From: Octopus sinensis
Taxonomy: Eukaryota
Reading direction: 5' to 3'
DNA length: 64,000 nucleotides
NCBI RefSeq assembly: GCF_006345805.1
Contig: NC_043000.1
Span: 79,546,001 to 79,610,000 of the forward strand
How positions within the stretch are numbered: the first letter of the stretch is position 1; each line of letters starts with the position of its first letter. This document shows positions 26,378-39,511 of this stretch, in pieces. The position numbers and the translations under genes were made by a program. The notes beneath the pieces were generated by a model, which had not been told where the DNA came from, searched no databases, and saw only the letters and a program-made list of their open reading frames with translations.

Positions 26378-26772
26378 CTAGCAGTATCGCCCGGCGTTGC
26401 TCGGGTTTGTAAGGGAAATAGCTATATAAGCATTTTTAGAGAGTTACAGCCAAAAAATAGCAAAAAAATGCATTAAAAATTGAAAAAAAATTCAGGTAAA
26501 TTTTTTTTTCAAATCGTTGACACATCGTAGATATTTTTAGAGAGTTACTTCCCTTATATAATAGCAAAAAAATGCCTTAAGATGGAAAAATATGATGGTA
26601 AATTTTTTTTAAATCGTAGACTCATCGTAGACGCGCGCTAATACCCAGAAGGGCTCGATATGAATCACGACTATAAGATACCCGCTTTTGGTTAAACTGC
26701 ACCTCAAAATGTGGGAGTAGTTACGAATCTAAATCGTAGGAGACAGACACACAACTTCACTCTTATATATAA
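26378..26772 (-). mobile_element. Short non-autonomous Helitron-like element
   Basis: Minus-strand 3' end CCCGAGCAACGCCGGGCGATACTGCTAG|T. The 5' end is TTATATATAAGAGTGAAGTTGTGTGTCTGTCTCC. Confidence 0.65.
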
Positions 26773-26887
26773 TGTTATAAGCCACGTAGTTATATACACA
26801 TACTTTGTTATATACACATTCTTAAAAGAAAATGTTATTTTGAACACAACATTTATAAAGAATAAAATATTTTTTGGTTTTTCTTAA

Positions 26888-27883
26888 CCCTTTCGTTACT
26901 ATATTTCTGACCAAAATACACCCCTTATGTGTTTCAATTAATTTCTAACGTAATCATAAATTTAGTCTGGTTTCATTAAACAACTATAACTTTTTTATTT
27001 ATCAATATATTAACATGAATTTTGGAAGATAATTTAATGAAATGTTCTATAGAAAATGTTCTATAGAAAATTGCTATAGAAAATGGGTTATTAGCTAATA
27101 TTCAATTGGGTATACAACAAAATTTTACGATAGAATTTGTTATTCTGGGTAACTTTCTGATACCCATAATAATATTTATGGCAAAATTGTCTTAATTTCA
27201 TTTAAGGTTGTGGGAAACCACTAACTATCCTTTCTTTCGCTTTGTTTACATTTAGCGTAACAGTTCGTTTCCGCCGTAATGATTTCAAATAGGCTCATTC
27301 GAAAAAGCAAAAAGAAATAGTCTATGGCTTTACTCTCCTGGGAAACTCTGTGGCTTGGTCCAGTTTCTTCAGAAAAATCGCTGAAAGAAACAGTTTTTAA
27401 ATTTTCACTCCATTCAGGTGCCAATTCATTTTCTTTATCGCTGTCGGAGCTCTCGGATTCACTGTTTTCACTTTCGGAAAATGAAACATCAGATTCATTA
27501 TCAAATACCACGTGCTTTTTTTTTTCAGTCATAGAGTTAGATTTATGAAGGTCTTCAGTAGAAAATCCTTCGAATTCTGACTCGCTGCTTGATATAATGA
27601 AATTCGTATCCATTTTTTGTCAGAATTACAAATTTTGAAAACACAATAGTAACAAATTTCGGAAAAAAATCTCCCAAAATTCATGGAATTAAAATTACAC
27701 TTTGATTGTTGTACAAAACTGTAGTTGAACTGTTTATGAAGTATAATACGTGTTTTCACGAATGTACTAAAGAGATTTGCTCTGATATTCTCATTTAAAT
27801 ATGAATAGGTAAATACGGGCGGGTTTTGTCACATTAACCAAAATTTTTTTCGGGCGGCTTTGGGTGGTTTGGTAACGAAAGGG
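26888..27883 (-). mobile_element. piggyBac internal-deletion derivative (996 bp)
   Basis: TTAA on both sides and a 12-bp TIR CCCTTTCGTTAC. ORF 27221-27613 is the transposase N-terminus (SSSESEFEGFS...KAIDYFFLLF...IITAETNCYA). Confidence 0.9.
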
Positions 27884-28189
27884 TTAAACAGACAATGACT
27901 TCCCATTATTCCATTAACTATATATAAGCTGTGCCGATTCTGCCCATAAGAAAGGAGCAAATAATACAATGTGCTTGTAGGTCATAACACCTGGGCAGTG
28001 CCAGGATGCATTGCTAGTGTATGTGTGTGTGTGTTTGTTATATTTTTAAAGACAATATAGTGTGGTTTGAAGAAGATTTAGATGTTATTTCTAGCAGATT
28101 CAATAATGTTATAGAGGTTTCCTCATAGGGTTTTATTATAAAATGTGCACCTTGTTAATATAATTATCATACTTAAATTATAATATTCA

Positions 28190-28850
28190 TACACTGTCAC
28201 ATTCACAACACACAAACACATGCTCACAGACCAATCATTACATATGTATACCAACACACATCCTTTATTCACACGCACATCCTAGTTCTTATACACCCTT
28301 ACTCATACAGATCTTTCTTCACACACACCATATACACACTTGTATTCATATTGATTTTCATCTACTTTCTCACTACATATACTTTCTCATACATCCATTT
28401 ACACTGTCATACAGCCTCACTCACATCTGCATGTACACATGCATTCACTCACACATCATCATTCACTCATAGCCTCACACACTCCATCACACACACACAA
28501 CATTACTCACACAAAAACCATCATTCACACATACCATCACTCATACACACACTCTATTACCCACACACACACCATCATTCACACACCATCACTCATACAC
28601 ACACTCTATTACCCCCACACACACCATCACTCACACACCATCACTCACACATACCTTCTTTCACTTGCACAATCAATTACAAACAACTCGCTCACATGCA
28701 CCATCACTCTCTCTATGCATACACACATCTCACATCAATTCCCTATACATTCACACACCTAAATACACACCATTTCCCCTACAAATATACGCATTACCCT
28801 ACTCACCACACACACACATCATCACGTCATCATCACCATCATAGAAAGAT
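28190..28850. repeat. CA-rich low-complexity/degenerate tandem repeat
   Basis: CACACACCATCACTCATACACACACTCTATTACCC is duplicated. The His/Thr-rich ORFs are artefacts. Confidence 0.7.
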
Positions 28851-29524
28851 ATACAAACACATTTCAGTATTCATGCCTGTTAGTACAAACATGAGAATAT
28901 AGGTTGACTTAAGTGTTTAAGAATTTCAAATGGTGAGATTTAGTTGACTTCCTCAATGTTTGTAATTAGTAAGTTCTTATATAAGCTGATGCCATTTGAA
29001 CCATATTTTATGGAGATTCTTTTATATTTCTCATTCCCTCTTTCTTTTTCTTCTTCATATAGTTTTTTGGTATATTCATTTCACTTTTTAATTAATAAAT
29101 ATATGTGCTCCAGCTTGACCACAGCTGCATGGCTGAAATGAGTAAAAGAATAAAAGAATTTAAGATAGGAGAGAATATATGTTTATTATATGAAATAACA
29201 ACTTATTAGTATTTTGTAAGCAGAGCATCATGCTAGATAAGACTTAATATATACTATATTATTACAATTTAAACATTTATGCTGCAGTGTAACGTTGTCA
29301 GTGCTCAGGTCACAGTTTCGAGTGAGAAAAATTCTGACACCATATTACAAACAATAAAGGTTTAAGGTCTTTGTGTGTTTCTGAATGGCTAACATGACTT
29401 CCATGCTGCAATCGTTTTAGTTTCAACACACAATCTCAGATCAAAACATTTGCCTGGCAAATTATATATTTATTCAACATTATTGAATTGTGTACTCTTT
29501 TAATGCATTTGAATAAATAATACA

Positions 29525-29559
<35 letters not shown>

Positions 29560-29779
29560 TAAATATGCGGCTGATTATGTTGGAGTGATACTTCATCAAA
29601 CTGTCAACAGAGATGTGTGCAATGGACAATAATTATTGTATAACTTTCCGTATGAAATCATTTATGTCCAATGGCATTAGAAATGGAGTGGTACTGAAAC
29701 AACTGTAACCATCATAATGATGTGCTAAAATTTGTTTTATGTTCCTGCGATTTTCCCTCACCCTTTTTTCTATGATTGC

Positions 29780-32080
29780 ATGTATCCATTCAAGATTTCT
29801 CTTGAGCCTTTCAATTTGGTTCTCAAGCCTTTGTTCCCACTATGGGGTTTGTCCTTTGTTTTTCTTTCACTTTTAATCCAAGAGTTTGCACAGTGACAGA
29901 AGATGCACAATAAGATCTGTTGTGTTTTTGATTAGATTTTTGTTCATTCATCTTTTTCACTATTTTGTAGAGTTTTCCTCTTTTGATTCCTCTCAAAGCT
30001 GGAAGCATCTTTCTTCCACTATTTCGTGCCTCATTAAGTAGTTAGTTGTTGTTGTTCTCTTTTAAATTCCTGTAACCAGTCTGTTTTTATATTATGTTGA
30101 ACTTCTTCACTCCAGATTTCTGCCCAGAATTTCCTTGCTGGTTCAGTATCTGACTTATCATTTCCTTGATGATATCTACCTATATTGATCAGTTGTTATT
30201 ATTATTTTCCATCTTTGCCTTCTTCATTTTCCATAGCTGGGCTATTTTGTACTTAAGAGGGTTGTATTTATCTGTCTTTATGCCTTCCTTCTTGACTATT
30301 CATGGGTCAAAGGAGCATACAACATCAACTATATAGCATATGTGGTGCACCTTATCCACCACTACTAGGTCTGGTCTGTTATGCTGCAGCTCTTGATCTG
30401 TTTGGATTGGGAAATCCCAGAGGATTTTGCTAGTCTCCAACTCTGCCACTCACTGTGGTTTGTGCTCATACCATGTCTTGTCTCTCTCTAGCCCCCACTT
30501 TTTACAGTTTCCAATGTAGCACTTTTGCTGCCAGATTGTGTCACCACAACTTGTACTGATTTGCAGCAAGTCTGGGGCAGTCGTTCATGACATGGGCAAT
30601 GGTTTTATCCACTTGATTGCAGATGTAGCACAATGGAGACACTTGCTCGTTCCTAAGGTTGACCCTCCAGTTCATGACCAAAACTTAATCTTGCGCTGCC
30701 AGTATAAATGCTCTCGGTTTCTTTTTTTAGTGTTCCTTTCATCAGCCAATCCCACCTAGTTTTTCCAACAACTTCCGTTGTGGTAATATGGAATTGATTG
30801 TGTAGTCCCTTCTTGTGTAATTCTTTTTCATGTCGTTTTTGTACTTTTTCATTTGTTTTTCCCTTTTTCTCTGCTTTCAATACTCCCTTGTTCCTAACTG
30901 TCACTAGCAAGGTTTCCTTACTTTGGGTTAGGTATCTCATGAAGCTCTCAAATCCAATACACACGCAATCTTCCGCACTTATTAGTCCTCTTCTTCCATT
31001 TGCTCTCTTCATGTATAGGCAATCAATGTTTGTATGTGGATGATGGGATCCATGCATTGTTAGGAACTTTCTTGACTTCCTGTCCTCTCTTTTTGTTTTT
31101 ACCTTCATGTTGTTGTATTTGATTCCATCTGCCTCAAGTATTCCCAGGTATTTATAGCTGGATTGAGGTTGAATTGTCTTCATCATTTCACCATTTAGCA
31201 ACCATATACCTTCTGTCTTGACAAACTTTCTTCGTCTCATTACCATTGTAGTACATTTTGAGAATCCAAACTCTATCTTAATATCATTGGAGAAAATCTG
31301 CACAGACTAGACTGGACTGTTCAGTTCTGCTTCAGTTTTTGTGAATACTTTCAGGTTGTCCATGAATAGCAAGTGGTTCAGTTTTCCCTTACCTCTTCCC
31401 AGATCTTACCCTAACTTTGTTTTCTGTAGTATTTCCCTCGAGGGATCATTCCCAGCACAAAGATCAGTGGGGACACAGTGTACCTCTAGAGAATTCCTCT
31501 CTTGATTTTCACCTTTCCTAATACTTGATTCCCTGCTGTCAATTGGGTTCTCCAACCCTTCATGTTATTCCATATAAAGCTTCTCATATTTTCTGTTACT
31601 CTATACTTTTCCATTGTTCTTATTATCTAAGAGTGTGGTGTCATATTGTATCCTTTTGCGATAGACAACCCATGCCATGCTCAGGTTTGTGTGTCTTCTC
31701 TTGCAGTTCCTGATTATTAGATTATCAAGTAAGAACTGATCCTTCGTTCCCCAGCTCCTCTATCAGCACCCTTTCTGTTCTATAGGTAGCAGTCCACTTT
31801 TTACCAAATATCTATACAGTTCACCAGTCAAAGCATCTAACATTAGTCTCCACTTTAGCGGAAGGCATGTTATTAGTCCAAAGTTGGATCCAACATTTAC
31901 TTTTTCAGGATCCTTGTCACATAACAATGCCATTCCCTTTGTCATCTAGCTGCAAGCTTGATCCTGGTCTTCTCAAATATATTGGTACAGCATCGTCACT
32001 ATGTTGTGTTGGTCATCATTGTATTCTTGTGATATAGCTCTTCCTATTACTTCTGCTTCATATGCTGAAAATGCATTTAC
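29780..32080 (-). mobile_element. R4/Dong-type (RLE) LINE relic, rearranged
   Basis: RT: ITCLP, EQKGC, GTKDQ, LNHLLFMDNLK, FSNDIKIEFG, YKYLGILE. Zinc knuckle CYIC..(D)KTIAHVMNDC and RLE ILWDFPIQTDQELQHNRPDLVVVDK. Confidence 0.85.
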
Positions 32081-32239
32081 ATTTACACTTTGCTCTATAT
32101 CTTCACTGCTGCCATTCATTCCTCTTTTCTCACTGGGGAGTGGGGCTACAATTGTAGTCTTTCAGTAGAGTTGGTGAAATATCAATGCTATTTTCTACTT
32201 CCCTTTTTATGTCTTAAATTTCCATGTCTGTTAGTCATC

Positions 32240-32240
<1 letters not shown>

Positions 32241-32282
<42 letters not shown>

Positions 32283-32309
32283 TATTATTATTATTATTAT
32301 TATTATTAT
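32241..32309. repeat. (ATT)n microsatellite
   Basis: Directly visible. Confidence 0.95.
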
Positions 32310-34134
32310 GTTAGATTGTAAAATGAATCCTGTCTGAGTTAATGTACATATCTAGCAATAAGACTTAATGTGCTTTTCATTTTTAATGTATTCTTTCATT
32401 TTTAATGATAATATTGTGTGAGTGAAGAAGATTTAGCTGTTATTGCTATTTTAATGAATGATAACTTAGAAAGTCCCAGATTGACCTGTTTTCTGTTGTA
32501 TTTCTAGTTTTTACTTCTTGGATAGTCCTAATCTATTAGACTTGTGATCAAAAATATTCCTGCCAAGACCATCCTGTATTTGATTTGACATTGTTATTTA
32601 GAACCACATTATCAAACATGTTTTACCATTTTTTTTTTTTTTGTTTTAAACATTGGGCTGTGATTTAACAGAGATCTGTACACTATTTCTAGTAGATCAA
32701 ACAACCACATTGAAGGTTCTTCATTTCCTATTGCCATACATCTGGTTATAAGATGTTGTTTCTCACTACTTCCTTCTAATAGTTCTTATCTCATCAAACA
32801 CTCTACTGAAAGACTATAATTGTAGCCCCACTCCCCTTTTTTGCCTTCCAGCAACCAGTTGTGGACACTTGCATAATTCCCATCACATATGTTGTTACTC
32901 TCTGCAGCCATACCTTCATGTATCTCTCTTTACTTAATTATTTTGTTGCTAGTTCTTTCTTTTTATCTTATTTCCTTCATTCTTTCTCTGTCTTCTAGCT
33001 TTCCTTTATCTTGTTACCAAAAATTATATGAAAAGCATATAAGTTTTTTCAAGAACTTCCCTTGTTGATAGTTGGTTATCATTTCATTGAAATATTTCTA
33101 TTTCCTAATACTTAGATGGATATTTTTTTGTTCTGTCCATCTGGCTGTCTGTCAGTCGGGATTCCCCCCTAGAGCTGTGTACAATCTGCTTCAATCCTTA
33201 GTTAATACTAGATGGTAGGATTGGAATAACACTGTTGATTTTAAATCAGCATAGAATATATTCTGGTAGTATGCAAGTCACCTCTTAGAAAACATATATA
33301 GCAACATAACAAGTTATGAATATCTTTATGATGAATTAAAAAAAACAATGCTCAGGCTTGAATGTCATGAGGTGAGAGAAAACATCACAGGGCATACAAA
33401 GAAAAGTTAGAACTTGGACTTCTGAATGCTGCATATGACTGGAAAATGCAGTGGATTTAGTAGAAGTACTATAGTTCCCAAACTATATTTCTTTAATGAA
33501 GTAATGCCCTAACTTTATGGCTTAATCTAATTTGACCTGTACTTATCTTGAATGATTAGTTTAATTTGTTGTCTAGTTTAATATCAACACCTGGCATTTA
33601 TATACAATTAACAGGATCCACTCAGGCGCAAGTATTTGGATCAGATCTCCAGTTAGAGATCTGATCCAAATACTACTTCCACCAGAAGTAATCCAAAATA
33701 TAAGAGATGTTGTACACTGAACATTGGTCATTCCTCTTACATTATTGGTCCCTGTCCATGGTAAGGTCAGCAGCTTCATTGAATTTAATATTACATCCAA
33801 CTGGATGCTCATTAACTTAGGAAACAAAGCTTTTGATGCTTGTGATTCAAAAGTGTGGCCAGTAGTATATTTATTATCTAAAAGACTTTTATCTAAATGA
33901 CTCTGCCTATTTGCCACCTGCTTAAGTCATAAAAATAAAAGTCATCTTCATTATTAGAAATAGTTGTTTCTAATTTAAGCACAAGGCTAGTAAGTTTGAG
34001 AGGAAGCAGTTTATTACATTGATCCTATTACTTGGCTAATATTCTATCAACCCTAGAGAGATGAAAAGAAAAGTTGGATGTGGAAGATTGCATTTTCCTG
34101 GCCAGTTTGGTTTGCACTGAAGAGAGTCTGAAAG

Positions 34135-35790
34135 TATTCAAACCAGTGGTTGAGGATGGATGCTGTGTCTGTGAAAAGTATCTGGCCATCTGAGCTGCAC
34201 AGGGGCTGTAGACTGCTTTGAGAGCTTCATAGAACCCCCTGTAGATGCCAGAGTCAGCGCACAGCTCTGGGTTCGCTGTGTGAGGTTAGTCCACCACTCA
34301 TTCTGAACTTCATGGAGTTTGTGCTGCAGAAAGCTGCAGGCTTTGTGAAAGGCCACTTTCTTCTCTAGGCAGGCTGGATGTGCCAGGTGTGCTTGGTGGA
34401 CAAACCTCTTCTATAATAATTTTTGGATCAGCACATTGTTTTCGTCAAATCAATCCTTGTTCTTTTTGGAGAGAGATCTGAGGGTCAATTGGATTTATCA
34501 AGCTCTGCCTGTAGTCCTGCCTGGAATTTTACTTTCACTTCATTTATCTGCAGATCGCTAGTTTTGATTTTCTTGCTGTTGGCCAATTCTGCCTTTTTTG
34601 TTGGTTTGGGCTTGAAGTGGGGTTTGAATTTGCAACGGACCAGGTGATGGTCAGTATGGCATTCTTTGCTAGGCATCTCTCTGGTGTGCATGACAGACTG
34701 GTCTCATTGGCACACTAGAATGTAGTCAAGGAGGTACCAGTGTTTTAATCAGGGATGCATCTAGATTGTTTTCAGACTGTCTCTTTGCTGAAAGATGGTG
34801 TTGGTGATGATGAGCTGATGTTCGGTGCAAAACACAGGCAACAGTCGCCCATTGTCATTACAGTTCCCAATCCCATGCTTTCCAAGGACTCCTTTCCAAG
34901 TTTCTCAATCTCAGCCCACTCTGGCATTGAAATCTCCTAGGATTATGACTTTATCATTGTCAGAGGTTCCCTGGAGGAGTCTGCATAGGTCTGAGTAAAA
35001 CTTGTCCTTGTCTGCTGGGTCTGAAGATCGTGACATGCCGCTTGTTTTCCAGAGGGAGGTGCATGGAAATGATGCAGTCAAAATGACCTGCTGGTAGGGT
35101 TTCCAGCACTGAAGCAATGGAGTTTCTTATCATAAAACTGACACCTGAATGGCATCTTTCTGATGGGGGTTTGCCTGACCAATATAGGGTGTACCTGGCA
35201 CCATGTTCTTTCAAGCAGCCTTTCTCTTGGAGCTGGACTTCACTAAGGGCTGTGATAATAGTTTCTAGCCTGGACAGTTCATATGCAATGAGAACAGATC
35301 AGGTTCTGTGCGACCTCTGTCGCCTGAGTCAAGAATGGTTCAGATGTTCCAACATGTGATCTTCAGAGATTTGACTACATTTGAAGAGTGTTTGGAGTCT
35401 TTTCTTTTTGTATTTGTGTATATTCGACCACTTGAAGAAGATGCCCGATGGCTGTGGTTTGGGACATTGGTTACTTGGTGTTGACTTGGAGATGACAACA
35501 TCACTTGGCAGCATCCTGAATGACCAAGCAGCCTTATCTAGGGAGAGCACTGCTTGCTCCACATGGAGAGGGGCCTCGAAAAGGTGACCTTGTGCCATGC
35601 AGACTGGGAGCTGCAGCTTCCAGTGACATTATCCACCTTCTGTTTTCACCCCCTTCCCATCGTTACAGGGCTTGGAGAGTTGTGATTGTGGTTATGGACA
35701 TGGACAGATCCTTCAGCCTGCGCAATGAGTTTTCAGGTGAAGTGCAGTCTGCGCAGAACTGGCTCCACCCTTTACACCCGATAGAGAAAG
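34135..35790 (-). mobile_element. RTE (BovB/Expander-like) LINE 5' part with APE endonuclease
   Basis: ALSEV..., YTLYWSGKP...SGVSFMIRNSI, DKVIILGDFNARVG, CHTDHHLVRCK, and a post-endonuclease EVQNEWW region. Confidence 0.8.
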
Positions 35791-35879
35791 AACCAGTTTC
35801 TAACCTAGATCCAAGGTTCCTTCATTAGAATTTCAACATTAATAACAGGGTATTTTTGTTTGTTTGTTTGTGTGTATTT

Positions 35880-37255
35880 ATTCATTCATTCATTCATTCT
35901 CATGCGTATAGTTACATATCTAGACATGCTCATATATTTAAATGATAATCTTCTGAAAAATTCTACTGATTTTTACAGTTCCAGTGATGGATTGGATCTG
36001 TAGTCTTTGAATTAGCTTTCTCCTTTCTGCTTTTGAGAAGCCTAATTTTTCAAGATTGGTATTTAGGCAGTGTGTTACATATCCCAGGGCCCCAATAACT
36101 ACAAGTATAAACCTGAACTTGCAATCTGGATAGACGAACTGTAGATTTCTCAATAGTTCAGTGTAGGTATTCTCTTTTTCACTGATCTTCAGCTTTATGT
36201 TAACATCTGCTGGGTAGCTAATTTCTACAACTGAACACAATTTCTCTTCTCTATCCCAAATCATTATATCAGGTCTATTGTGCTTACATTTTATTGAGGT
36301 TTTCACTGGGACATTCTACCAGTACTCCTTTTTATTAAAAGTCTCTATGGCTTCTACCATATTGTTGGTTCTTATTTCTTTGTCCTCAGGGTTATCTTTC
36401 TGACGGATTTCATTATAGAGTGTCCTGGCTACATCATGTACATCAGGTATTTGGATGATATTCCCTGTTCCTGGATTACAAATGTACTTACCCTTCAAAG
36501 TGGGAGGTAATCATCCAGCTATTGGTCCATGATAGACTGCTTAGATGATCAATGTTTCTATTATCTCAGCTTTCTATTAACATATCTATGCATTGTCTTC
36601 TGCTCATACATGCTCATCCTTTCATCTGATGATGATGATATCAGCTTCATGTATGCAAACTTGGTCAAGGGATGCACTTTGACACTTGGTGGTTAAAAGA
36701 TGCTGCTGAAGGGATATAATACGACATTCAAAAGCGTTTTGGATTGGTGTTAAGCCTCTGCTGCCTTGTTTTTGTTTTAGGTATAGGTGGTTTACATCAC
36801 TGTTTATGTGGAAATTATGTGTGCTAGTTAGTATCAAGTGTCCAATCAAACAGCCCAAATGTTGGTATGAGTACTAACACTGCAAACGCATTGTAGGCTA
36901 CTGTTTTATTGAATGCAGAGAGTTCTGAGGTTCAAATTTTCTTTATTTGGTTGTAATATTCTTTAGTGATGTGTGTTTTGTTGCAGCTGCCATCCTAAGA
37001 TATGTTTTCATCCACCCCTAGTTACTCGTAACATATAAAGGAAACAGTCAAGTCATTGATGAAGATGTTGCTAGCCTGGTTTACAGTTTTCCCTCTTTTC
37101 ACAATCATATAACAACATTTATCTTGACCATACTCCAACTCTACATCCTTTGAGAATGTTGTAACTAGGTCAAGACTCTTTTTCATCTCATGCATATTCT
37201 TTGCATAAAGCTTCAAGTCATCCACAAAGAAACAGTGTAATTTTGATATTTCTGT
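35880..37255 (-). mobile_element. 5'-truncated R4/Dong-type LINE (second family)
   Basis: [36 protein letters not shown]...GSRGL, KHNRPDIMIWD...VIGALG...SITGTVKI. Short 3' UTR and a (GAAT)n tail. Confidence 0.85.
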
Positions 37256-37365
37256 AAGATATACACACACACACACACACACACGTATATATTTACACAA
37301 ATATGTGTATGTACACACATCTATTTTTACACACACACACATGTATGTGCTTGTGTGTGCGTGTT

Positions 37366-37399
<34 letters not shown>

Positions 37400-37439
37400 A
37401 TATAATATATATATATATATATGTACATACATATGTATC

Positions 37440-37481
<42 letters not shown>

Positions 37482-37496
37482 ATGTATGTATGTATG

Positions 37497-37527
<31 letters not shown>

Positions 37528-37593
37528 GTATGTATATATATATATATATGTATGTATGTATGTATATATTATATATATATATATATATGTATG

Positions 37594-37658
<65 letters not shown>

Positions 37659-37751
37659 ATATATATATATATATATGTATGTATATATATATATATATGT
37701 ATGTATGTATATATATATATATGTATGTATGTATATATATATATATGTATG

Positions 37752-37806
<55 letters not shown>

Positions 37807-37988
37807 ATATATATATATGTATGTATGTATATATATATATATGTATGTATGTATATATATATATATGTATGTATGTATATTATATATATATATGTATGTA
37901 TGTATATTATATATATATATATTATGTATGTATGTATATAATATATATATGTATGATGTATATATATATATATATGTATGTATGTATG

Positions 37989-38025
<37 letters not shown>

Positions 38026-38084
38026 ATATATATATGTATGTATGTATATATATGTATGTATGTATGTATATATATATATGTATG

Positions 38085-38124
<40 letters not shown>

Positions 38125-38133
38125 ATGTATATA

Positions 38134-38179
<46 letters not shown>
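37366..38179. repeat. Long compound (TA)n/(TATG)n microsatellite
   Basis: Directly visible; the source of the long Y/I/M/C/V ORFs. Confidence 0.95.
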
Positions 38180-38183
<4 letters not shown>

Positions 38184-39448
38184 GTTGAGTAAAAAGTAAG
38201 CAATGTTTTGAACCATGAAGAATTTGTCCTGGGTTTTTGCAGAGTTTTGAATATTTTTTAAACATTTTTTTTGTAATTGTCTAATAATACAGACATAGGC
38301 TTGCCCAAATTCATCAATAAATTAACATTGATATTTTTTTCATTATTGTTACAATCATCTGAAATGGAACTGTCAAAGCGCGATATTCAAGCAGTTTTGC
38401 TATTCAACCTAAAAAAAAGGATGTAAAGCAGCTGAAACTGCTCATGATATCAACGAAACGTTTGGTGACAAAGCGACCAGTGAGTGGTCAGTTCAAAAAT
38501 GGTTTAAATGATTTTGCAGTGTAGACCTGAGCCTTGAAGATCATGAGCATAGTGGACATTCATCTGTAATCGATGACAGTCAATTAAAGACTGTCATTTA
38601 GAAAGAGCCATGTAAAACCACTTGAGAACTGGCAAAAGAACTTCAAGTTAACCAGAAAACTGCCTGCAACCATTTGCATGTGATCGGAAAATCAAAAGCG
38701 CTCGACAAATGGGTACCACACAATTTGAATGAAAATCAGAAAATGCACTGATATGAAATTTGCTCGTTGCTTCTCCATAACCAGACCGATCCATTTCTTG
38801 ACCGTTTTGTAACTTGCGATGAAAAGTGGATTCTGTACAATGATAGAAACTTTCTTTGCAGTGGTTGAACCAAAATGTAGCACTGAAAACCTTCCCTAAA
38901 CCCAAGCTCTTCAAAAAGAAGGTTATGGTGACTTTTTGGTGGTGTGCTACTGGACTCATCCACTATAACTTCTCAAAACCTGGAAAAACCATTCTGCAGA
39001 AACATACTGCCATGAAATTGCTAAAATGAATGGAAAATTACTACTCCTCTGTCCCAGACTGGTCAACAGAAGTAGTCCAATCATTCTTCAGGACAATGCT
39101 CAACTTGCATGTTTCACTAATGACACTTCAAGAGTTGAGGGAACTTGGCTACGATGTTCTTCACCAGACCTTTCTCCTTCCAACTACCACTTTTTCAAGC
39201 ACCATGATGGTTTCCTGCGAGATAAAGAGTTCAAAAATCAAAACGATGCTGAAAGTGCATTCAAAGCATTCATCAGCTCCAGAATTCCAGATTTTTATGG
39301 GACCAGAATAAACAAACTTGTAACTCATTGGCAAAAATGTCTTGATTGTAATGGTACTTAATTTGATGAATAAAATTTCCGCATTGTTGAAATATATAGT
39401 GATGAATTTCATTCTTTCAAAATGTTGCTTATTTTCTACTCAGCCTGA
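38180..39448 (+). mobile_element. Full-length degenerate mariner (DD34D), 1269 bp
   Basis: About 30-bp imperfect TIRs (TCAGGTTGAGTAAAAAGTAAGCAA / TCAGGCTGAGTAGAAAATAAGCAA). WVPHNL, VTCDEKWILY, LQDNA, SPDLSPSNYHFF. ATG at 38364. Confidence 0.93.
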
Positions 39449-39471
39449 TGTGTTTGTGCGTGTATACACAT

Positions 39472-39511
<40 letters not shown>

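Noticed and set aside
29290-29359. Frame ending ...ILQTIK|GTTTAA, superficially like the end of the preceding BARD1 exon
   Set aside because: It lacks the GETxLH ankyrin motif and the donor is weak.
33573-33917. 114-aa minus-strand ORF
   Set aside because: No recognisable domain; the length is within chance for this window.
22146-38265. Long ORFs rich in Y/I/H/T/M/C/V (for example 22146-23150, 24851-25381, 37305-38265)
   Set aside because: They are translations of (TA)n/(TACA)n/(TG)n microsatellites, not genes.
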